This document shows, piece by piece, positions 57,359 through 64,000 of a DNA stretch of 64,000 bases. Origin of the DNA: Acidimicrobiales bacterium (GTDB lineage: Bacteria; Actinomycetota; Acidimicrobiia; Acidimicrobiales; Aldehydirespiratoraceae); NCBI GenBank assembly GCA_965116195.1, contig OZ220491.1:1085080-1149079 (forward strand), read 5' to 3'. The position numbers were made by a program, and so were the translations under genes. The stretch's first letter is position 1. Each line of letters begins with the position of its first letter. The notes below the pieces were generated by a model. The model saw only the letters and a list, made by a program, of their open reading frames with translations. It had not been told where the DNA came from and did no database searches.

Positions 57359-58138
57359 ATGAGCTTCGGTGACGCCACCATCGCACTGACCGATGAACTC
57401 GCCGCCCGCGACGACATGATCGTATGTGAGGGCGTGAACAAGTGGTTCGGTGACTTCCAGGCTCTTGACGGGATCAGCGCGGTGGTCAAGGAGCGCGAGG
57501 TGGTCGTGGTGCTCGGGCCGTCCGGGTCGGGAAAGTCCACATGGATTCGTTGTATCAATCGTCTTGAGGCGCACCAGGAAGGGCGCATTGTGGTGGACGG
57601 GGTTGAACTCACGAACGATTTGCGCAACATCGAGAAGATCCGTTCAGAGGTTGGCATGGTGTTCCAGCAGTTCAACCTGTTTCCGCATCTGAACGTGCTT
57701 GACAACATCACCCTGGCACCGATCTGGGTGCGCAAGCGCCCCAAGCTGGAGGCCGAAGGCTTGGCGCTGTCGCTGCTTGAGCGTGTTGGCATACCCGAGC
57801 AGGCCGAGAAGTACCCGGGCCAGCTCTCCGGAGGTCAACAACAGCGCGTTGCCATAGCTCGGGCATTGGCCATGGAGCCCAGAATCATGTTGTTTGACGA
57901 GCCCACGTCAGCGCTTGATCCTGAGATGATCAAAGAGGTGCTTGACGTGATGAAGGAGTTGGCGTTGTCTGGTATGACCATGATGGTGGTAACCCACGAA
58001 ATGGGCTTTGCGCGTGAGGTGGCCGACCGGGTTATCTTCATGGAAGAGGGACAGATAGTTGAGACGGGCACACCTGAGCATTTCTTCACGAACCCGTCCG
58101 AGGAACGCACCAAGTTGTTCCTCTCGCAGATACTCTGA
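57359..58138 (+). CDS. Polar amino-acid ABC transporter ATP-binding protein (AapP/GlnQ-like)
   Basis: In-frame part of ORF 57311..58138. [45 protein letters not shown]. Confidence 0.92.
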   Translation: MSFGDATIALTDELAARDDMIVCEGVNKWFGDFQALDGISAVVKEREVVVVLGPSGSGKSTWIRCINRLEAHQEGRIVVDGVELTNDLRNIEKIRSEVGMVFQQFNLFPHLNVLDNITLAPIWVRKRPKLEAEGLALSLLERVGIPEQAEKYPGQLSGGQQQRVAIARALAMEPRIMLFDEPTSALDPEMIKEVLDVMKELALSGMTMMVVTHEMGFAREVADRVIFMEEGQIVETGTPEHFFTNPSEERTKLFLSQIL

Positions 58139-58315
58139 CCAGCCTGAGAACCCTGGACCCCACACCCGTCGCGGGTTGTCCCTTGGCCGACCCGAGCCTG
58201 CCGGGTGTAGCTGTAATCCGCCCCCGCTTGGCGGGTTCAGCTTGGTGTGACTTGTCCCAACCTCGGCTGGCCGAACGAAGATGATCACTCCCAACCACAA
58301 GTCGGCCAAGCCGTG

Positions 58316-59833
58316 ATGACTGTTCCCAAGACGCTCGGACTCGAGACCGAGTACGGGATCGTGCATCGTGGGGCACCAGAACCCAACCCGATGTTGGCGT
58401 CATCGCTTTTGATCAACGCTTATCTGCTTGCCACCGAGCAGACTCCCGAGCGTGGGGGTTGGACTGTCAGGTGGGACTTCGCTGATGAGACACCCGGCAA
58501 TGATGCCCGTGGTGGCGCGCCTGCGGACTCACAGCCACCCCAGGTTGAGACTCATCTGGTGAACGCGGTGCTCACCAACGGAGCACGCTACTACGTGGAC
58601 CATGCACATCCCGAGATGTCAACACCGGAATGTGCGGATGCCCGCTCGGCACTGCTGTATGACCGTGCCGGCGACTTGATTGCTGTTCGTTCCATGGAAG
58701 CTGTGCGGATGCTGTTGTCACCCGATGAAGAGATCATCGTTTACAAGAACAACTGCGACGGTCGGGGCAACAGCTACGGCTGTCACGAGAACTATCTGAT
58801 CAGCCGCTCGGTTCCGTTTTCACGTGTTGTCACGAATGCGACCGCACACTTCATCACCCGATCTGTCTTCACAGGCGCAGGCAAGGTGGGCTTTGAGGCC
58901 TGTGGTGTGCGCCTTGATGAGTCCGGCTTTCAGATAACTCAACGTGCTGACTTCATCGAGGAGGAAGTCGGGCTTGAGACGACACTCAAGCGTCCCATCA
59001 TCAACACACGTGACGAACCGCACGCTGATCCCGCCAAATACCGACGCCTGCATGTGATAGTCGGTGATGCCAACATGGCCCAGGTGGCGACCTTTCTGAA
59101 GTTGGGCACGACCGCATTGGTGATGGCCATGACCGAGGACGATGCGCTGAGTCGAAGGTGGCACTTTGCGTCGCCGGTCAATGCATTTCATGAAGTCAGC
59201 CGCGATCTGACATTGCGCCGGGGCTTGCAGCTGGCTGACGGTACGACCGTCACGGCGCTGGACGTGCAATGGGAGCTGTTGTCTGAGGCCCACGCCTATG
59301 TGCAGCAGCGTGGCGTGGAGGCTGTGGGTGGCGAAGTGGCCCTTGAGGTGCTGCAACGTTGGGAGTCCGTGCTCGGCGGACTGGAGCGTGATCCGATGGA
59401 GATGGCCGCTCAGGTTGACTGGGTGGCCAAACTCCGGTTGCTTGAAGGTTTGCGTGAACGTCATGGCCTTGGCTGGAACAGTCCTCGGCTCAGGGTGCTG
59501 GATATTCAGTATCACGACCTGCGTCCCGAGCGTGGGCTGGCAGCGCGGGCACAACTGGAGGTGCTGGTGTCTGATGCCGAGGCGCAGCGAGCCGTGACTG
59601 AACCTCCGAGTGACACCAGGGCGTTCTTTCGTGGTCGCTGTTTGCAGCACTTCTCAGCCGATGTGGTGACGGCAAATTGGGATTCGATCGTTTTTGACGT
59701 GGGAGAGGGTTCGCTGCGGCGGGTGTCGATGGTGGAACCGAACCGGGGGACTGCGGCTCATGTGGGTGAACTCTTTGAGGACTGCGATTCGGTCAAGGAA
59801 CTACTGCGCCGCTTGGCAGCCCAGAGGGAGTAG
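58316..59833 (+). CDS. dop: Pup deamidase/depupylase
   Basis: In-frame part of ORF 58247..59833. LGLETEYG N-terminus of the PafA/Dop family. Called Dop because it lies immediately upstream of pup-prcB-prcA. Confidence 0.85.
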   Translation: MTVPKTLGLETEYGIVHRGAPEPNPMLASSLLINAYLLATEQTPERGGWTVRWDFADETPGNDARGGAPADSQPPQVETHLVNAVLTNGARYYVDHAHPEMSTPECADARSALLYDRAGDLIAVRSMEAVRMLLSPDEEIIVYKNNCDGRGNSYGCHENYLISRSVPFSRVVTNATAHFITRSVFTGAGKVGFEACGVRLDESGFQITQRADFIEEEVGLETTLKRPIINTRDEPHADPAKYRRLHVIVGDANMAQVATFLKLGTTALVMAMTEDDALSRRWHFASPVNAFHEVSRDLTLRRGLQLADGTTVTALDVQWELLSEAHAYVQQRGVEAVGGEVALEVLQRWESVLGGLERDPMEMAAQVDWVAKLRLLEGLRERHGLGWNSPRLRVLDIQYHDLRPERGLAARAQLEVLVSDAEAQRAVTEPPSDTRAFFRGRCLQHFSADVVTANWDSIVFDVGEGSLRRVSMVEPNRGTAAHVGELFEDCDSVKELLRRLAAQRE

Positions 59834-59944
59834 CTGATCGGATTCCCTCGTACACGCCTGAGACCTTGTGTCGCTCGGGAGTGCAGGGGGCGTAGCCTGC
59901 ATGGGTGCTACCGCGTTTTGGAGTCAACATCAGGAGGAATCGTC

Positions 59945-60139
59945 ATGGCTGAACGGGAGCAGATCCGCAGGCCGTCACCTGCTTCAAGGGACCGGTCTGT
60001 GGAGCAGTCACCGCCCACATCCGATCGGGGCACTGACCTCAAGGCTCAGCTGGATGACCTGCTGGACGAGATTGACGAGGTGCTCGAGAGCAATGCCGAG
60101 GACTTCGTCAAGAGCTACATCCAGAAGGGTGGAGAGTGA
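59945..60139 (+). CDS. pup: Prokaryotic ubiquitin-like protein Pup (C-terminal GGE)
   Basis: AGGAGGA SD. 64 aa, ending LDDLLDEIDEVLESNAEDFVKSYIQKGGE. Confidence 0.95.
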   Translation: MAEREQIRRPSPASRDRSVEQSPPTSDRGTDLKAQLDDLLDEIDEVLESNAEDFVKSYIQKGGE

Positions 60140-61044
60140 CGCTGCTGCGTTTTGCGCCCCACGAGGACCCGGGCCCTGACTTTGCCGCGCTGCTGCGTCG
60201 CAGCGCGTTTGACAAGTCGCGGTCAGTCGCCGATGGTGCGGGGGCCTTTGGTACTGCTGGTGTCGGTGGTGTTTTGGGTGCTGCTGGTGTGACGGGTGCC
60301 TCGACTGCTTCAGCTACAGCAGCAGCGTCATTGTTGTCTGAGGAGATTCGTCACGGAACAACCTGTGTGTCGGTCTGCTACGGCGGCGGGGTTGTGCTGG
60401 CCGGGGACAGGCGCTCCACATCCGGCCACCTGATCAGCAATCATCGCATTGAGAAGGTGTTTCCCGCTGACCGTCATTCCGGTGTGGCGATTGCTGGTGC
60501 TGCCGGGCCTTCCATTGAGATGGTGCGCCTGTTTCAACTCCAGTTGGAGCATTACGAGAAGGTGGAGGGCACGCCCATAAGTCTTGAAGGCAAGGCCAAC
60601 CAACTCGGGCAGATGGTGCGTGCCAATCTGCCGGCGGCCATGCAGGGGCTGGTCGTGGTGCCGATATTTGCCGGCTTTGACGTGGTGGCGGGCCGGGGTC
60701 GTATCTTTGAGTATGACGTGACCGGTGGTCGCTACGAAGAGCGGGATCATGCTTCGACAGGATCAGGGTCGTTGCACGCCGACACTGTGGTGAAGTTGGG
60801 CTTTCGACCGGCGATGTCCAAAAGCGCTGCGGTTGACCTGGTGCTGGAAGCACTGTTCGTGGCTGCCGACGCTGACTCCGCCACCGGTGGGCCTGACCCG
60901 GTGCGGGACGTGTTCCCGGTGGTTGCGGTGATCAACTCCGAGGGTTACGAGCGTCTTGGTGACCGTGAGTTGCGCCGCCGCACCGAACGGATGCTGAACC
61001 GGCATCGCACCCGTCGAGGTCAAGACCCCGGCAGTGGATCGTGA
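60136..61044 (+). CDS. prcB: Proteasome beta subunit with a long propeptide
   Basis: GTGA overlap with pup. Mature N-terminus predicted at HG/TTCVSVCYGGGVVLAGDRRST. Confidence 0.93.
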   Translation: MTLLRFAPHEDPGPDFAALLRRSAFDKSRSVADGAGAFGTAGVGGVLGAAGVTGASTASATAAASLLSEEIRHGTTCVSVCYGGGVVLAGDRRSTSGHLISNHRIEKVFPADRHSGVAIAGAAGPSIEMVRLFQLQLEHYEKVEGTPISLEGKANQLGQMVRANLPAAMQGLVVVPIFAGFDVVAGRGRIFEYDVTGGRYEERDHASTGSGSLHADTVVKLGFRPAMSKSAAVDLVLEALFVAADADSATGGPDPVRDVFPVVAVINSEGYERLGDRELRRRTERMLNRHRTRRGQDPGSGS

Positions 61045-61310
61045 CAATCGAGTCGTTGTTGTCGGTCACGGTCATGCACGCCGAGTCGTGGTCAGCACCC
61101 CGGCAGCGGGTCGTAGCATTCCGTCATTCGCCATGTGTGCGGCATCGGCTGCGGAGTGTCGGATTGAGACTCCCGCAGCGGTTCGTGACCTCTGAGGGCC
61201 GGTCGGCAGCGGGATTTTCGTCGGCGCTGGGGCAGAGGTAATGTTCTCATTGGTGGTCATGGTTCTCCGTGTAGTGGGATTTCCGTTGATGCTGGGATTG
61301 GGGTAAGGCA

Positions 61311-62000
61311 ATGACCATGCCGTTCTATGTAGCGCCTGAACAGATGATGAAGGACCGGGCCGATTACGCCCGCAAGGGGATTGCTCGTGGCCGCAGTCTT
61401 GTGGCTTTCCGCTTTCAAAATGGTGTCGCTATCGTAGCAGAGAATGCCTCAAGCACGCTTCGCAAGGTCAGCGAGATTTATGACCGGATTGCCTTTGCGG
61501 GTGTGGGCCGTTACAACGAGTTTGATCAACTGCGTATCGCAGGTGTGCGTCACGCCGACCTGAAGGGGTTTGCCTTCAGCCGTGAGGATGTGGATGCGCG
61601 CAGCCTTGCCAACGCTTATGCCCAGAGCCTGGGGCAGGTTTTCACCCATGATCTCAAGCCGATGGAGGTGGAGATTCTGGTTGCCGAGGTTGGCTTGGAT
61701 GCCGCTGGGAAGAACGACCAGTTGTTTCACATCCTCTATGACGGCACCGTGATGGATGAGGATGACTGGGTGGTGTTGGGTGGTGAGACCGAGGCCATAT
61801 CGGAGCGCTTCGCCGAGGCGCTGCCAAAGGCCCCGAGGTTACTGGCTGGCGGAGTGCGGGCCGCAGTAAGTGCCCTGGCAGGACCCGATCGAACCCTCGA
61901 CGCCGCAAGCCTGGAAGCCGCCGTGCTGGACCGCCGCAACGGTCGCCGCGCCTTCCGCCGACTAACCGACGAAGAAGTCTCCACCCTGCTGTCCACCTAA
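61311..62000 (+). CDS. prcA: Proteasome alpha subunit
   Basis: 229 aa. MTMPFYVAPEQMMKDRADYARKGIARGRSLVAF. Confidence 0.93.
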   Translation: MTMPFYVAPEQMMKDRADYARKGIARGRSLVAFRFQNGVAIVAENASSTLRKVSEIYDRIAFAGVGRYNEFDQLRIAGVRHADLKGFAFSREDVDARSLANAYAQSLGQVFTHDLKPMEVEILVAEVGLDAAGKNDQLFHILYDGTVMDEDDWVVLGGETEAISERFAEALPKAPRLLAGGVRAAVSALAGPDRTLDAASLEAAVLDRRNGRRAFRRLTDEEVSTLLST

Positions 62001-62066
62001 CTCGCCCGTAACCTTCAGGTGTTACAGTGAAGTAGCAGTACAAGCGACAGGGAAGGGAGCGCGCTC

Positions 62067-62711
62067 ATGCCCACACCAGGCGAGATTCGTAATTGGGCGA
62101 CCGGTCTGGAGCCGGGCACCATATTCACGCTTGACGACGCGCAACAGGCCTGCCCCACCAAATCACGCGCAGCCATCAAGTCAACCCTGTCACGGCTGTG
62201 CCGAGGAGATGATCCTCTCCTGGCCAGAGCCGTACGAGGCCTGTACAGCCGAAGGCTGGTCGGCTCAATGATACCCACGAGGTTAGAACCCCAAGTATAC
62301 GTAGAGTTACCTTGGAGAATTGCCGGGCCCGGTGCAGGACTAGCGTCACTGAATGCTGTCAACAGCCTCTGCTGGTCAACGCAAGTGCCTGCCAAGTTGT
62401 GCATCGCTGTTGTAGGCAGACCACCAACCCCGCCCGATCGCACTACCAAATATGTCCAGCGATCTAATCGCAAGAGAGTGATGCTGACTCCGATAGAGGT
62501 ATCACTATTGGAAGCTGTCGCCAGCTTTGACGACTTTGCCGAGATGGACTGGGACGAAGCCGTGGATCGGCTAGCCAGCATACTATCGCGAAGGCAACGC
62601 AACCTTGGAGCAAGGCCAGACTTGGTCAACTATGTTGCCTCACATGAAGCATACCGAGGCGAGAGATTCGTTCGTCGCTGTGATGAATTAGGCAAAGTCT
62701 GTGGGACCTAA
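62067..62711 (+). CDS. AbiEi-like antitoxin / transcriptional regulator (type IV TA)
   Basis: 214 aa. N-terminal wHTH-like FTLDDAQQACPTKSRAAIKSTLSRLCRGDDPLLARAVRGLYSRR. Sits directly upstream of an AbiEii-like gene. A/T-richer sequence. Confidence 0.6.
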   Translation: MPTPGEIRNWATGLEPGTIFTLDDAQQACPTKSRAAIKSTLSRLCRGDDPLLARAVRGLYSRRLVGSMIPTRLEPQVYVELPWRIAGPGAGLASLNAVNSLCWSTQVPAKLCIAVVGRPPTPPDRTTKYVQRSNRKRVMLTPIEVSLLEAVASFDDFAEMDWDEAVDRLASILSRRQRNLGARPDLVNYVASHEAYRGERFVRRCDELGKVCGT

Positions 62712-62863
62712 CAAATTCTATAACAAACCTCCTTGCAACAACACACGAAATGTTGACCAAGCTGTCACCACGGACGGCCTCGGAACACTGAAACAAATAC
62801 CTATGAATGCCCTGATTCTTAGTTCTGTAGATTACAGAAGTAGATTCGCTCTTAAGCGCAGAT

Positions 62864-63871
62864 TTGCCCGCCAGTAACGTGCAGTCCGATGAACTCAGTA
62901 TCTATGGTGTTCCTAAGGCTATCTTGCGGAGATTAGCAGAAAGAACTTCTGAGAAATTAGGCTTGCCGAGGGAGTATGTGGACAAAGACATTCATGTTAC
63001 CGAGACTATACGCCACGCCATCCATCAATCTCAGAGATACCCCGCGGCTGCGACTGTCTTCAAGGGTGGTACGGCTTTGGCAAAGTGTGGCTTGGTGAAC
63101 CGGTTCTCTGAAGACGTGGATGTGAGCATCGTACCTCCCAGAGGCCGGATATTCGGTGACGCTCGCAGACGCAACACTCGCCGAGAAGTGGTCAAACACC
63201 TGCTTGACCATACATCACTAACACTAGACCACCATCGTGCTAGCGGCACTTATACTGTTGTCAGACTCACTTACGAACCCTTGTTCCTACAAAGCGACGC
63301 CAAGGCACAAATCGCCAATATAGGTGAGGTAAAGGTTGAGTACATTGTCCGTGACCACGCGCCCGGATATCATCCACTACGAACAATCTCATCATACATA
63401 GGCGAGACCGCTGCTCAGACCAACCCGAGTTTACTCGAAGAATATCCGGCATTGCGTCCGTTTCAGGTTCTGACCGCTGCACCGATATTGTCGATCGTCG
63501 ACAAGCTTGATGCCATGCACTGGCGCAGCGAATACGAAGACCTCAAAGGCATCCAAAGACGCCCACGCGACGTTTATGATCTCGCTGCTCTGCTCTCCAA
63601 CGACCAGGTAAGAGCAACAGTCAACTCTGACGCAGTAGCGGCTCTGCACGCTGACCTGACGGCTACGCTCCCGTCTGGACTGTTACAACGCAAATGCGCT
63701 AGGCCGACGGACGGGTTTGGCACCTCCAAGGCGTTCCAGCCTGGACATCCAGCCTGCGAAGCACTGCGCAAAGTCTATGACAATGTCCGCCCTACTGTCT
63801 ACAACGAAGATACCTGGATCGAGTTCGACGACGCGTTAAACATCATCAAACAACACTCCGACCTTCTATGA
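62864..63871 (+). CDS. AbiEii/AbiGii family nucleotidyltransferase toxin
   Basis: 335 aa. FKGGTALAKCGLVNRFSEDVDVSIV (NTase GG...S.D.D motif). The start is uncertain (TTG 62864 or ATG 62889). Confidence 0.78.
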   Translation: MPASNVQSDELSIYGVPKAILRRLAERTSEKLGLPREYVDKDIHVTETIRHAIHQSQRYPAAATVFKGGTALAKCGLVNRFSEDVDVSIVPPRGRIFGDARRRNTRREVVKHLLDHTSLTLDHHRASGTYTVVRLTYEPLFLQSDAKAQIANIGEVKVEYIVRDHAPGYHPLRTISSYIGETAAQTNPSLLEEYPALRPFQVLTAAPILSIVDKLDAMHWRSEYEDLKGIQRRPRDVYDLAALLSNDQVRATVNSDAVAALHADLTATLPSGLLQRKCARPTDGFGTSKAFQPGHPACEALRKVYDNVRPTVYNEDTWIEFDDALNIIKQHSDLL

Positions 63872-64000
63872 TCCATGCTGCAAATGCAACCGAGTTGGAC
63901 AATCTATGTAGGTTCGCCATCTGGAGCACCCTCAGAAGATTCGACGCTATCCTGTGCCGTAGACTTGGTTGCTGTTTTACCAGCGTTGCGGTCCTGGCCA

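Overview
This is a high-GC Actinomycetota chromosome segment, identified by the Pup-proteasome genes arc, dop, pup, prcB and prcA. All functional calls rest on my reading of motifs in the translated ORFs, because no database search was possible.

Content from left to right:
- The 5' part of a large secreted FN3/Calx-beta/PKD/SLH-type surface protein on the minus strand. It is absent from the ORF track because it runs off the window.
- A Cas4/RecB-like PD-(D/E)XK nuclease.
- tRNA-Leu(UAA), followed by an MT-A70 methyltransferase and a nonsense-interrupted endonuclease.
- Housekeeping enzymes: beta-hydroxyacid dehydrogenase, Fe/Mn SOD, SMP-30 lactonase, amidohydrolase, arylsulfatase and two acyl-CoA dehydrogenases.
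- A visibly A/T-richer island with a complete type I R-M operon (hsdM-hsdS-hsdR). Its hsdM carries a 19-nt poly-G tract.
- A DUF222/HNH gene, two paralogous membrane proteins, trmI, a serine protease and a beta-carbonic anhydrase.
- A ~14 kb hydroquinone/hydroxyquinol-type aromatic catabolic cluster with a Liv-type ABC importer.
- A vWA/CoxE-like protein, a ferredoxin, arc, a polar-amino-acid ABC importer, dop-pup-prcB-prcA, and an AbiEi/AbiEii module.

The most unusual property is not a gene. Nearly every intergenic region carries tandem repeats anchored on gene ends. The repeat units contain either the SD plus start codon or the last codons plus stop of the adjacent gene. Periods are often 57-83 bp, and six loci with different unit sequences sit at 72-74 bp. 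Some of these repeats create translationally coupled mini-ORFs or in-frame protein extensions.

Two loci have CRISPR-like repeat/unique-spacer architecture with no cas gene in view: 49920-50271, abutting the arc start codon, and 24457-24661, downstream of hsdR.
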